Assembly: GCF_036321535.1 (NCBI RefSeq)
Contig: NC_087451.1
Span: forward strand, 32,426,001-32,490,000
Direction: 5' to 3'
DNA from: Camelus dromedarius
Taxonomy: Eukaryota
DNA: 64,000 nucleotides
The notes beneath the pieces were generated by a model. That model did no database searches. It saw nothing but the letters and a program-made list of their open reading frames with translations, and was not told the origin of the DNA. The position numbers were made by a program, and so were the translations under genes. Below are positions 1-13,639 of this stretch, in pieces (the stretch's first letter is position 1; each line of letters opens with the position of its first letter).

Positions 1-243
1 CATTCGCTGTCTAGATGCCAGAACTCTGGGATTTCATTCTCTCTGTGTGCCCTGAGATGCTGTTTGCCCCGGGGGCTGCACCAGACCTTCGCTGAGTCTG
101 CTCCTTTCCCAGAGAGCCATACAGATTCTCAAATGGGCTCGGAGCAAGACGGGGGGGGGGGGGGCAAGCGAACAAACCTGAAAGAGCATCTTTCCTCAGC
201 CTTGTCTTCCCCCAAGCCCATCCCCATCTCCAGCGTTACTCAC

Positions 244-1121
244 GATGATGTTGCAGAGCAGGAGAAACAGAGAAATGTCCTTCAAGCACCTGCTTCTCCA
301 GTGGTCCTTGGGGGCTGAGGTGATGCTCACTGCTTCCTGAGGTCCTGCTGGGCTGGGGCCAACTAGCTCGGCGGGGGGCGGGCAGGCAGGCAAGGTGTGG
401 AGGGCATCCAGGTTGGCAAAGGTAAGACCTTGGCAGGGCTCCCTGGGGGGAGTGCCATGAGTCTCATCCCCGGGGGGTCCCCGGTGGAGACTCTCAATGA
501 TGAACACATTCTGGAAGATGTGCTGCGCAATCATGAGCAGAGCATGGGCTAAGTTGAGCCCTGCCAGCAGGTCCCTGGGTGTGCCCACCACCACGGCCAC
601 GATAGAGTAGTAGGAGATGGCATACTGGCCCAGGGCAGCACCCATCAGCAGGGCCACGTCCAGGGTGCGTGTGGGGTTCTTATGATGGTCCATGGCTCGG
701 CGGTCAAAACGGTAGATGACTGAGCCACTCAGGCTGACCAAGGTCATGAGCCCCAGACAGACGATGTTGAAGATGTAGTAGATGACCAGGGCTTGCTGGG
801 TGCGGCCCGTCTCCCCGCTTACTTGGACCTCGTAGATGATGAAGACGGCCAGCCCTACCACGAAGAGTATCAGGCCCAGGATGGGACCAACAAAAAAGGT
901 CTCCCGGAAGAGGCTGATGGGGGATGGGGTGTGGTTGTGGCCGTGGGTCGAGGAGGCCAGCAGCCTGCCCACATTCTTCCACATGACGTAGAGCATCGTA
1001 GAGGCAAAGAGGCTGTACTCGATGTTGAAGGGATACAGGTAGAAGTAGCCCTGCTGGAAGACCTGGCAGACGGCCGTGTTGCAGGAGCAGTCTCCTCCGG
1101 CGGCGCTGCCCGCACGCTCCC
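244..1121 (-). CDS. OTOP2: Otopetrin-2 proton channel, large penultimate coding exon (878 nt); final exon lies left of the window
   Basis: Acceptor CAG at 1124-1122, donor GTGAGT at 243-238. Translation ...GGDCSCNTAVCQVFQQGYFYLYPFNIEYSLFASTMLYVMWKNVG...KDISLFLLLCNII matches otopetrin-2; cumulative CDS 1521 nt, phase 0. Confidence 0.96.
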
Positions 1122-1689
1122 CTGCAGAGAGAGGGGCACAGAGCTGCCCTCCCACCCTCCGGAGGTACCCACCCCGAAGAACCTCACCCCTAGACCGTGA
1201 CCTTTGGAAGGGCAGGGTTGCTATCTGCCACCACCATATCCCACAGCCGGCACAGGGCCTGGCACGTTCATTCACACCACAAGGATTTACTGAGCACCTA
1301 GTATGTGCCAGAGACTGTGGGACACATCAGTAAACAATAGCCAGTGTGCAATGAAAAAAAAAATCTGAACTGCAGAATTGCCTGCTTCACACTGTCCCAT
1401 TCCCTCGGAAAAATACTCCCAGTGTGCCTCTCTGTACCCCTGCAGCCCCAGCACGTTAGGTGGTTCTTTGTCAGTCTTGCTGGGCTGGGGTCTTCTGTAG
1501 GTCTGGACGCAGGCTTTCCATTCCTGGACCCTCCTATACTGGGTGTGTGTGTCTTCAGGTGAGGTCCAGATGGACTTGGTCATCTAGTCTGAATTTAGCT
1601 GGTGGTGTGGCCCTAAAGAAATCCAGAGGACCAGGACTGGGGGTACAATTCTTCAGGATAGCATATTGGTTCAAAGCAAAGATGGATCT

Positions 1690-1880
1690 CAACACTAGTT
1701 CTCCCAATTTCAAGTTCTGTGACCTTGGGCAAGCTACTTAATCTCTCTATGCCTTAATTTCTGCATCTGTAAAAAGGGAATGTGAATAGTACCCATCTCA
1801 TAGGGAGGTTGCAAGGGTTAAGGAAGATAGTGTTTAAGACATTTAGCACAGCACCTGACACATAGGGCTCAGTGAATTGT
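1690..1880 (+). mobile_element. MIR SINE remnant
   Basis: ctgtgaccttgggcaag...catctgtaaaaagggaat...tagcacagcacctgacacatag resembles the MIR core and 3' end. Confidence 0.7.
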
Positions 1881-2262
1881 CACTATTGTCATCGTGATTA
1901 TTTCTACCTTCTCCTTCTTGCCAGGCACTCCCATCTGATCCTATAAGTCCATTCTCAAATCACTCTGTCTCCCTTCCCTTCTCTCCAGCCTGATCACTCT
2001 CGTGCTTTCTTCCTGGAGCATGAATCCCTTCTTTGCTGGGATGAAGACCTGGACAGTGGGTCCGAGGCTGTATCATCCAAGATGAAAAGATGCAGCTCCA
2101 TTCTTCCTCCTGGGCCACCCACATCTAAACTTCTTCAGAGGTGTAGCCTGGAGCAAGAGGAGGTTCCTGGCCTCCACCTGGCTTCCCTCTACAAGTCCAC
2201 AAAGCACCCAGCCCAAGGTCTGGCCACCACAGGGCCAGGGTTAATCTGAAGTGGGCACTCAC

Positions 2263-2396
2263 AGTCCTGAGTGAGGCGGGTGTAGCTGGTGTTGCCATGA
2301 GAACTGCTGTGGGAGTGGGCCTGGTGCACGGATTCATCCACCACGGCTGCCATCCAGATAGCCAGGTTGGTGGTGAGGGTGAACATGAGACCACAT
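2263..2396 (-). CDS. OTOP2: OTOP2 coding exon (134 nt)
   Basis: CAG acceptor 2399-2397, GTGAGT donor from 2262; encodes CGLMFTLTTNLAIWMAAVVDESVHQAHSHSSSHGNTSYTRLTQD. Confidence 0.95.
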
Positions 2397-2879
2397 CTGT
2401 TTGGGGAAGGAGAGCAAAGAGGCCAGGGAGAGTCTTTGGCTCATCTTGGGTTTCTGGCAAGGTGGAGAGTTGGGGATGCTGTACTGGGAAATGGTGCTGA
2501 CAAGCAAGCGAGCCATCAGGCCCCTGTGTGAACAGGGTAGCTGAGTTTGGAAGGTAGACTTAGCCTGGCTGGGATGCCAGCCAAGAGAGGGCTGGGCACA
2601 CCCAGAGACTCAGGCCACTGCTGATCCCTTCACTAGGGGAAAGGACATTTGTACACTACACACACCATCCCACCAAGTGTGCCAAGTGTGCACATGCTTG
2701 CACACACACAGAGCACAGGGTCGTAGAAATCAGGCTGACCAAGTCAGGGAGCCTGGCTGAAACTCCACCTGGGGGCAGAAAGAGGACCTATGGCCCAGGT
2801 TGGGAAACGTTCATCTCATGCCAAGTGAGCCTGGCCCTGTGCATGGACATTGAACCACGGACATGAAGTAGGCACTCAC

Positions 2880-2938
2880 CGTGTCAGATCCAGGTGGGTG
2901 TGAATACAATCTTTGGCGGAGACCCAGAGAAAGTAAGT
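2880..2938 (-). CDS. OTOP2: OTOP2 coding exon (59 nt), not in the ORF track
   Basis: CAG acceptor 2941-2939, GTGAGT donor from 2879; encodes TYFLWVSAKDCIHTHLDLT(R); phases fit both neighbours. Confidence 0.93.
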
Positions 2939-4080
2939 CTGTGTTGAGAGAGAGTGGTGGGGTCATTTCCTCTGCAGACAGGATCAACCTGGGAGCGCCC
3001 AGGTCCACGCCGACCACTATGTCCTGTCCACCTCATGAGCCCCGGTACTAAGTGATCAAGTTCATTGCATCCTTACTGAATGAGACACGAGCTCTCTTTC
3101 TATTCTCTGCATCAATTTGTATCAAATAGTTCTCTGTTCTTTAAAAATCTGCAAAAATGTCACCTGTAAGCTCTCTGGCATGCGGTTTGTTTTCTGTTTC
3201 TTGGCAGGGTAGAGGAGGAGGAGTTTTGACTGCCTATTTACTTATTCCTGGGAGCAGGCCTCAGGCTAGGTCTTGTTCAAAGTAGAAAGAATCTGGGAAG
3301 CTTCTCACTTCTTTTTGGCAGCATCCCCTGCCCCATCCTCATCCTTGGCTGCCCTGCAAGTAATGGCTCTCACTGGCTGCCCACAAATCCTTGCTGTGAT
3401 ATTGATTGTGGTGGGGTATCTGTATTTCTGTTTTGCCTAAATATTCTTCAAACTCATAAAATGTAAAATTAAAACAATATAAATGCCAGAGTCATAAATG
3501 TGTTAAAAATTGTGGAGACTTGGGCAGCAGGGGTGATGTTTCAGCAGAGGGAACCACACACGTGGTCATTCTGATTATGATACAGGGCTGGGGTCTGTTC
3601 TGGTCCCATGTAGGACTAGTCCTGCCTCAGGTCAATCAGAAGATCTTTTCAAGTGTTACTTATGCAACAAATAAAAACTTGAACTTGTTTGAAAAATCCC
3701 ACGTATCGGATGCCCTATTTCCTGAACAAATACAGAATATAGGGGATGAGACTGAGGTCAAACTGGCCATGCCCACAGCAGACCCTGAGCTGAGATCGAT
3801 GCCTTCTATGGGCACCCACGAAGGGCAGGGCAGGTTCTAGGAGACCCAGCAGCTGCCACAAGTGACACCTCCTAGGTGTTAACTGCTTAGGTTGAAATGA
3901 AATTGCGGGGCCCATAAGTAGGCACTCACATTACCAAGTGCTTCATGATTTATGAACTCATATGATCTGCACTACAATCCTATCCCCACCTTAACTGATT
4001 GCTCAGCGTAGAAGAGGAGTGGAGCTTGGGTCTCCTGACTTCAGGCCAGGTGTTGGCTCCTTTTCACTCCTCCCACCCAC

Positions 4081-4217
4081 CTGGACAATGACAAACACAG
4101 CCTGGGTGAGAGGATGCAGGATCTTGATGGCTGACTGGCACTCAAAGAAACTGGAGTAGTAGCCGGTCTTGAAGACATCCATGACGAGAGTGCAGATCCC
4201 AAACAGCACCAGCCCAC
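4081..4217 (-). CDS. OTOP2: OTOP2 coding exon (137 nt)
   Basis: CAG acceptor 4220-4218, GTGGGT donor from 4080; encodes GLVLFGICTLVMDVFKTGYYSSFFECQSAIKILHPLTQAVFVIVQ. Confidence 0.95.
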
Positions 4218-4278
4218 CTGGGAATGGGATGGGGGTGGTGGTCAGGGAGACAGAAGAGAAGGCTGATAGATTTGAGGA

Positions 4279-4402
4279 TGGATGGCTAAGTAGTTGTATA
4301 GTTGGGTGGATGGATGGATGAATGGGGTAGGTGCGAGGATGGTTGGATGGGTGGATGGATGGATGGAAGGATAGGTGTAAGACTGAGTCAGTGGATGCAT
4401 GG
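4279..4402 (+). repeat. (GGAT)n/(GGGT)n degenerate simple repeat in OTOP2 intron
   Basis: Repeated ggatggatgg/gggtggatgg blocks read directly. Confidence 0.8.
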
Positions 4403-4744
4403 ATGTCCAATTGAGCCCCCATCTCTTTGGGGCTGCATAGATAAGCTTAGCCTGGATAGGCTCTTTTCATTGCATCTATCATCTTTTTGCTCTCCATCAG
4501 AGTCTCTCCCGTGACCCCCTCTTTCAGTCTTTAGACAGGGCAAAGAAGTTCCACTCATCCCTCTTGCAGGACTCTTTCTCTTCTCTCTCAACAGCTGCCC
4601 ACCTCACCCTCAGACACATCTAGTCTTCCCTAGGGGAACATCTCACTGGTCTACGTCGAAGAGCACCCCATAGTTCCTCTGAGAGTCCCAGCCTCCAGCT
4701 CCGCGCCGAGCCCACCCCACTTCCGATCCCACCTCCCCTGGCAC

Positions 4745-5057
4745 CTCGGAGCCAGATGGGGCCGGCGTGCGCGTCCCGGTAGGGGACGGCGCCTGGGCAG
4801 CGCACGGTGCGAAGGAGGTAGAAGAGAATCCAGAGCACAGCCAGCAGCATCATGGTGGTGAGCAGCGCGAACACGTCGGTGTCGTACACCGCCACCTTGT
4901 TGAAGGCGCCGCCGCTGATAAGCGTGCAGGCGAGGAGGAGCACGTTCACGGCCAGCAGCACTGACAGCAGGCGGCCGCCCTTCTTCCACACCTCGCGGGG
5001 GCCTGCCCGCGGCGCCGGCGGGCTCTCCTTGGGGCCCGTGGCCAGCTCCTCGGACAT
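4745..5057 (-). CDS. OTOP2: OTOP2 first coding exon (313 nt coding)
   Basis: ATG at 5057-5055; MSEELATGPKESPPAPRAGPREVWKKGGRLLSVLLAVNVLLL...HAGPIWLR; GT donor at 4744-4743. Confidence 0.96.
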
Positions 5058-5327
5058 GGCAGGGGTGACTGGAGATTGGAGGGGTCACTGTGGGAGAACA
5101 GCGGACAGGAGCCCAGGTGAGCCCCCCCCCCCAGGGCTCTCCTTCCTCCATCTTATCCCTAGATTTGGGGACCGAGGAGCTCCTCACCCGTCAGGTAGGG
5201 GCTGCAGGTGGTGGAGGAAGCGCTGGGGAAGGGAAAGAGGAAAGCCTACCGTGCAGGTCTCGCGCTCGACGGGAGGAAAGGAGAAGCGATTGCAGCCCCA
5301 TCGGACCCTGTCCAAGGTCCCACTCAC

Positions 5328-5398
5328 CAAATCCGTCTGCCGGGTGGGCCAGGAGCCCGCGCAGAGCTGGGGGGCAGGGGGCGGCAAGTGTCTCCTCT
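5328..5398 (-). other. OTOP2: Probable OTOP2 non-coding first exon (TSS approximate)
   Basis: Consensus donor TTG|GTGAGT at 5327-5322 on the minus strand, with a TATAAA about 25-30 nt upstream of the inferred start. Confidence 0.6.
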
Positions 5399-5423
5399 CT
5401 CTCAGGCCGGGCTGGACAGGCGC

Positions 5424-5429
5424 TTTATA
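5424..5429 (-). promoter_or_regulatory. TATA box candidate of OTOP2
   Basis: TATAAA on the minus strand in GC-rich context upstream of the putative first exon. Confidence 0.55.
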
Positions 5430-5970
5430 CCAGGGAGGGCAAGGTGATTTACAGCCGCGGGAACTCAGCTCCATAAACCTCTCAGTCCCACTCACATGAT
5501 CCATCTTTTTTCCGAGCTGAATTTAGGGAAGAGCGTGCGGTAGCCAGATAAGGTGAGATTTATATTTACCCATTAAGAGGCGCCCCCTCCCCCGCCGCCC
5601 TGTCACCTCGGCGCAGCCAGGCTCGGGCGCGGCCCCGCACTGCGGCACCCAGAGGGCACACCGCCCCCGGCGCCCACCGCGCCCTGGCGCCCCGCGATGC
5701 CGACGCCCTGAGAACCGAGGCTCAACACAAGCCCACGGGCCCTCAGGCACCCCGACGCCTTTCCAGCCCCGGCGCGCCCGGTACCTTCGTGCTCCCCTGT
5801 CGCTGGCGCAAGATCGGGACCCTGGTGCCTCTTTCCCCGACACCCTCAACAGTGGTAGAAGTTTCCTCTTCCGCTATCCCTACCTTTGCGTCCTTGCTCC
5901 GCTGGATGAGGCTAAGTCCGGCTTGTGGACGAAGTTCTCCGGCGGCGCACGGAGTCGGCGCCCAGTCTTC

Positions 5971-5989
5971 CAGCGCCCCCTGCTGGAGC
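5971..5989 (-). promoter_or_regulatory. CTCF motif
   Basis: Minus strand GCTCCAGCAGGGGGCGCTG matches core CCASYAGRKGGCRS. Confidence 0.7.
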
Positions 5990-6461
5990 GCGCCGGGCGA
6001 CCTCTGAGCAAGCTGGTGGCGGCCAAGACAGCCGAGTCTTGCTCCCTGACAGTCTGACCGTCGGTCCTCGTAACCCTCTTACGCCCACTGTCCCATGGGT
6101 CAGGACTGCCCTCAGACACCCCTCTGCCGCCCTTGGCCCGTTCCTTTAACTGGTGGAGACGTCGGGTTCTCAGAGCCGGAGCTCTAGTTAGGAGAGACCG
6201 CCTACTATCCCCAACTGTCCCCACGGGGCGGGACGCTGGGGTGGGCACTTTTGGAGAGAGATAGGCCCGGTGTGTTCGGGAGCTGGGTCACCCCGTGCGG
6301 TCGGGAGCAGGGTGTTTAGGACCCAGGGGCAGCCCGGGGCGGCCCTCTGGGCCGCAGGAGATCCTCCCCCCCGCCTCTTCCCCGCCGGGCGAGCGGCTCA
6401 GATGTCCGAGTAGCGGCGGCCGGGGAGCTCCGCATCTTCTGTCTGCGGCGGTGGTGGCTAG

Positions 6462-6752
<291 letters not shown>

Positions 6753-8895
6753 TGAGTATCTCCTGTCCTGGGGCATCTGGGAGCCCCTGTAGACCTACCC
6801 TCACCATCCTTCCCACTCCATGGCATCTTCCCGCCTCATCTGAGCCACCCCTTTCCCTAAGACGGACCTTGAGGTGGAACTTTGGAGATTGACAGTCGTG
6901 GGAGGGGGAAACAAGCTGAGGCTTGTGTGACACTTGTGACCTGGATGTGGGGCCAGGGAGGGAAGGGACTGGGACTTGGGGGTCCACTATTGTGGGAGGG
7001 GTTGGAGAGTAAGGGGAAGGTGGGAGGGATCTCCTCCTGGGTGGGTGGCATCTGGAAGCAAGAGCAAGGGAACAGTGAGAAGGGGGGAGGAGGAGCAGAA
7101 GCCTCAGAGGGGCCAGAAGGGGGGCTGGGAAAGGAGAGGCTCTTCACTGCCTAACCCCCCAGTCCAAGGGCTCCCCCGGCCAGTGCCCACACCTCGCCAC
7201 TAGCTGGTCTCACACAGCTCTCTCCCTCCACATTCCTAGGATTTATGAGCACTGTCCACTGTACCAAATGTCACTGGGTTCAGCCACCCCATAACTCCCT
7301 CCGTGCTCCTCTCCCACAACACACTCCCTCCCTCTCCCTTTGGAGTCATCTGTGGGGAGGAGTGGGCATTGAATCCAGGTGTCAGGGCCTGGGAAGGGAT
7401 TTGGAGGTAGCAGTTGAGGAATGCGGTGTCCAGGGCCACTGACGTGGGCTCCCTAGGGCTGAATGATGCTGTGGACAACTCTGCCAGCCCCAGCAGTTTT
7501 ATAAAAAGAAGTCAGGTTGAACTGGACATAAGGGTGGCCCGGACAGGGAAAAAGAGTGTAAGAGATGCCCCAGGAGGGTTAATATGATTATCTCAGACCC
7601 TGGGAAATCATGGTGGAGGGGAAGGGTCCCAGCTGGCCCTGGTGCCATGCACTGGCCTGTGGTTTGAGCATGTGGTGGGTGGGGAACCCTCCTTGCCCTC
7701 CTTCCCCGGCTGCTCCTCGGGCCCAGCAGTAGATGGGAACATCCCTAAGCCCAGGAAGCTGAGCCACGTTCCGAGAGGCTGAGACTGGCCCCTGTTTAAG
7801 CCAGGAGGGCACACAGTGATCCTGCCATCCTGCTCCCTGCTCAGAGAGATTCATAGGAGGAGGGGGAAAGGGGGGCCCCTTGGTGCACCAAACACCCCAA
7901 CTCCTACAGAGAGCACCAGTAGGTGTTTTGTGGGCTGTGGGCCAGATGCCGAGCATCCCACATTGTCCCACAGGACTTGGAGACCAGTAAGGGAAGTGAG
8001 GAAGGGGTTGTGGGGGGAGCTGTTGAGACAAAGAAGTGATTCTTCCTCTAGCCCTGCGGGGCAGCCTCCTCATTAGCGTGGGGCAGAGGCTGAGCTAGGC
8101 CCCTGAGGGAGGGGCGAGCTTGGAGGAGCCAGCAGGAACGTGTCCAAGGCGAGCACAGTCTGATGTGGAGGGTGTTGGAGGGGGCTGCATGGGACCCCTG
8201 GCCAGGCCCAAACCAGCCTGCCTCACAGGGCTCCCAAAGATGGGGCAGTCCGAGGTAGGGAGGGCAGCTGGGCCCAGGTTCCGACTGCCCTCCCCCTCCC
8301 TCCATTCCTGGCTGCTCCCACGCTCCCCTCCTGGCCCAGGCCAAGACCCGACACCTGCTCTCACACGCGGCCTTGCTAGGCCTGGCCCTGCTCCCTGCCG
8401 ACGTGGCCGTGCCCGCCGACAGGCAGGCACACACCTTCACACACTCATTCACTCAGGGCTCAGGCCCAGGACACACCACCCTCTCCTCCTCTTTTCCGTT
8501 CACTCCTGCACTGGCAGCCACACTCGCCGCCACGCCTGCCTAGAGACCCACACTCGGCCCTGGCCCACCACCTCTCTGGGCCAGCTCCCCGCTGGGCCCC
8601 ATGAATAATTCACTCCTTTCTCTCCGGGCATCAAATATTTATCCCCTGAGATTCCCAGCCCTCAGTTCTCTAGGGGAAGGCCCCGCCCAGGCCCCGCCTT
8701 CTCCGTCGCCCCACCCCTTGCGCGCCTGGGGCCATTTTTAACCCTGGGCTCGCTCTAGTGGGGACGGGTGGTCCAGGGCTGCGTGTCTCCTGCAGTCAGA
8801 GGAGGGACCATCGAGTCCCTCTCGTGTGCCGGTGGGGAAGCTCAGCCAGGCTGGGGGCTCCCCACACCTGCAGCCAGTGCCGACTGCCTGCCTGA

Positions 8896-10158
<1,263 letters not shown>

Positions 10159-10479
10159 TGAGTGCCCAGAGCCTCGATGATACAGGAAGATAGGGGTTAT
10201 AAGGCCCTGGGGTGGGGGTGGATCTGCCTTTTCGGGAGTGGGAGTGGGAGTGGGATAAATTTAAGTCGCCATCAGTTACAAGAAGCCCCACTTATTTACC
10301 CCCACTTTGGAAAAAGAAGCTGCCAATTTACACCACCAATGTAGAATGCGCCTCGATTTTGGGGATGTCAAAATGCATCTTTATATGGATGAGATGCAGT
10401 AGTCATAGTAATCACAGCCAGGATGATTTGAGCCCTCCTATCTCCCGGGTACGGGAGATGCACTTGCACGAGTCCTCTC

Positions 10480-10630
10480 ATTTATTCAACTATCATGTGT
10501 GGGGCTATAGCATCCCCATTTTACAGGTGAGCAAGTGGCGGTTCAGAGGTCAGAGTATCTCACTCAGGGTCCTGCTGCTGCTCAGTGCGGAGCTGGACTT
10601 GATCTCTGGTCTGTGTGGCTCTAGAGCCTG
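10480..10630 (-). mobile_element. MIR remnant in USH1G intron 2
   Basis: atccccattttacaggtgagcaagtggcggttcagaggt is the reverse MIR core. Confidence 0.65.
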
Positions 10631-11138
10631 GGGACAAGGTAACTGCCATGGAATGGAGAGTGTGGCAGCCAGTCGTCTCCCCAAATGCCCCAGCCCTCAA
10701 GGTAGATATTTTACCTGCTGGTCGCTGAACCCTGTACCCAAGAGCATGAGCAAATGCTCTCAACAGGGCCAACAGCAGCCTTGAGGGCAGAAATGTCACA
10801 TTCAAAATGCCATCAAGGGGAGCTTGAGGCTGCTGTCACACTGGAGGTACTGTTGGCTCATCCCTGGCCTGCCCCTCCATCATGGCATCCCACATGTCCA
10901 ACAAACCCTGCTGTCCCCTTTTGATATCTATGGCCTTTACCCTGCACAGCTGGACAGGGGTGGATGTGGGGGGAAGTCTGGTCTAGAGTTTGGAGGATGA
11001 GGAGGGGACCCCTAGGCCATTAGCCCCATCCCTGACTATCACTCTGCTCAGAGAGGGTAAGTGATCAAAATTGCTGTTCTTGGCTTAAAATGATGTCTCC
11101 AAAGGCCCTGAGGTCTGTTTCTGTCTCTTTCTCCACAG

Positions 11139-11142
11139 ATAA
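11139..11142 (+). CDS. USH1G: USH1G exon 3 coding part: last base of Leu codon plus TAA stop, followed by a long 3' UTR
   Basis: Polypyrimidine tract ...ctgtctctttctccacAG (11137-11138), then A TAA; CT+A gives Leu then stop. Confidence 0.88.
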
Positions 11143-13633
11143 CAGAGAGTTCCTCTCCCCAGACCAAAATGAATTGCAAGTTGCCACAACTCATGGTGGG
11201 GCCACAAGGTCCTCACAGTTGCCAGCCTTGCAGCTCCCCGGCCCCTCCCCAGCAGCAAAGACCATGTGGGTCATCTTCCTTGAAAGCCTGTCCACACTCT
11301 GCAGCAGAGGGTATGGCTGGAGGCACCAGAAGGCCAAGAGAGAGACCCAGAACATCAATTCTAAGGGGCCCTGGAGCCCCTAAGCCACCTGATCTGAGTG
11401 GCCCTAAAGGAAGACCAGCCCCAGTGGAAGGGGGGGTTGGGGGTAGGCATAGCCCATCCCCAGGGCCATTGTCTCTTCCCACCCCTCCTCCAAGGGTCCT
11501 GTTGTCACACTCAGGCTGGAGACTCATTCATCTCCTACATTTTTGTGAAGGGAAGAGTTTGGGCTGCCTCCCCATACACCCGGAAGAGGAGGGTCCCAGC
11601 TAGACTCTTCAGCCAAACACCTTAGCTTTAGTCCCCACGCCTGCCCTGAGCACAGCCAGCCTCCTCCTCCCACTGGCTGTGCTAGGGAGCTGGAGTGCCA
11701 GGCTGGGGTGGGTAGGGGTGACTGGCCCCCTTCCAATTTATCCCGGGGCAGGGCTTAGCTTGACTCCACCCTTCCCACCCTGTCCATCTCCACTCTCTCC
11801 TCAGTTGTGGGGCCTGGCTCTTCCCTCCCCCAGGATCCCAGAGGGTCAGGGCAATAGATGCAAGGTGCTAGGGCATCGGCTGCAGTATTATGGCCCCAAG
11901 GCCTGGCAGGCATGCTCTGGGCAGGGGAAAGGCATCTCCCAACTGGCTCACAGTCTCCCAGGCCCAGGATAGGAAGACACTGGTTGTGGCTGGGTGTCCA
12001 GCCTAGTGTGGGCGAGTCCTGTGATGTGGACAATCTAAATTGCTGATTGTCCCCAGGGCTCTGTGTTAGGAGATGGGTTGGTGGATTTTCACTCGAGGTC
12101 TGGAAGCTGCCTGGTTCTGTATGGATAGTGGGTAAGAGAGAGCTCAGCATGGGTTCCTGCTCTGTGATGCTGGTGAGACCACGGGAAAGGCCAGCCTCAG
12201 GCGGTCCTCAGACCAAGGTCACAGATGTGGGAGATCACTCAGGAGCCCACACACGTGTGTGCACATATACATCCCCCTGCAGATGTGCCTTTCCTCCTCT
12301 GTCACCAGGGGTCCCCCTGTCCATGACCTTCAGCATGGGAAGCAGCTCCCACTGGGAGTATTGCCACAGACCCCAGCTCCTTCATGGACCCCTCCTTGGC
12401 TGGGGCAGGGGAAAGAGAACCCCCAAAGAAGGACAGAGGTGGTCCCTCTTCCTACACTGAAGGCTTGGCTGCCTGCCACTGGCACCCTGAGCCCACCCCA
12501 GTCCCTCTCCCCGTTCTCTGGGCCTAGGCCTGGGGCCACCCCAAGTGCCGACTCGACTTTCCCGGAGCCCCAGGTGCTGCCCTTTCCCTCCTGTTCTCTG
12601 TCCATATACTGCCTCAGCCCCTCCTGGTTCTCTCAGTGCTGGGGTGGGGCAGGCTCCCTGATTCCCACCACTGTGCAAAGCATCCCTTTGGCAGGCTTAT
12701 TATAATTTTTCTAGAGAACACTCTATCCCTGTCATGCATGTGTCTTGTTTTAATTATTTGGGGGTGGGAGATGGGTGGGATGAAGGGAGCAGGTGGGTGG
12801 AGGCGGGAGAGGGAGAGGGTCTTTTTGTACCTATGAGGACTTGGTCCTCTTCCTTGGAGGGGGTCCTGGGATAGATGATTGGGCATGCCCCCCACCCCTC
12901 TGCCGTACATCTCTGTAGGGCCTTCCCTCATCCCTGCTCTCTCTGGGCCCAGAATTTAGAGCTGATGGGGAGGGAGGGCTCAGAAGAACTGGGACAGGAG
13001 AGCCCCCAGCAGCTGCATGAGGAGGATGGTCCAGGCTCCAGCTCTGTTCCCTGCAGCTGCTAAGGGCAGGATAACACCTTCTGCCTTACCAGCCGTATGC
13101 CTGGGCTTCTCCAGACATGGGCAGAAGCTGTACACTAAGAGGCTGCTGTCTATCACCTAGGTCCCATGAGCCCTGACCGCAAGGCCCCAGCTCACCCCTG
13201 GGAGGCCCCCACTGGGGTCACCATTTCCCTCACCACCCCAGGCAGCCCTTGGGGCAGCCCTGTGTAGAGCCCTCCTTTCTCTTTGGCCGGGGGGGGGGTG
13301 TAAGTCTCCCCTTCAGCATCAGGACAGTGGGCTCTGTTTTCTCAGTCAGTTCTGGGAAAGGGCCCTGGAGTCATTTTATTTCATTCCCTAAGGCTGTTGG
13401 GCCAAGAGCTTCTGCCAAGGGCAGTTGAAGACAGCTTCCCGCCTCCATTATCAGTCAGAAAGGTCCACAGGACATCAGCGCAGCAAGACTGCCTAGCAAA
13501 CATCCTGCGATTCTAGACCACCTCCCTCCCCTTTACAGATGGAAAACCTGGTGCCTTCGGAGGGGAGGTCCAGACCTAGACGCAGGCCTCGTGCTGCCAT
13601 GCTTTCCTCAACCTCCAGGCTGCCAAAGGGGCC

Positions 13634-13639
13634 AATAAA
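13634..13639 (+). terminator. Possible USH1G polyadenylation signal
   Basis: First canonical AATAAA I found downstream of exon 3 (about 2.5 kb UTR); not verified. Confidence 0.35.

Noticed and set aside
1122-1275. N-terminal part (MNERARPCAG...) of the 359-aa minus ORF
   Set aside because: It lies upstream of the CAG acceptor at 1124-1122 and is intronic read-through of the OTOP2 exon frame, not a separate protein.
2291-2304. RFX X-box-like GTTGCCATGAGAAC
   Set aside because: It falls inside an OTOP2 coding exon (SHGN codons), has two mismatches to the palindromic consensus and is explained by coding constraint.
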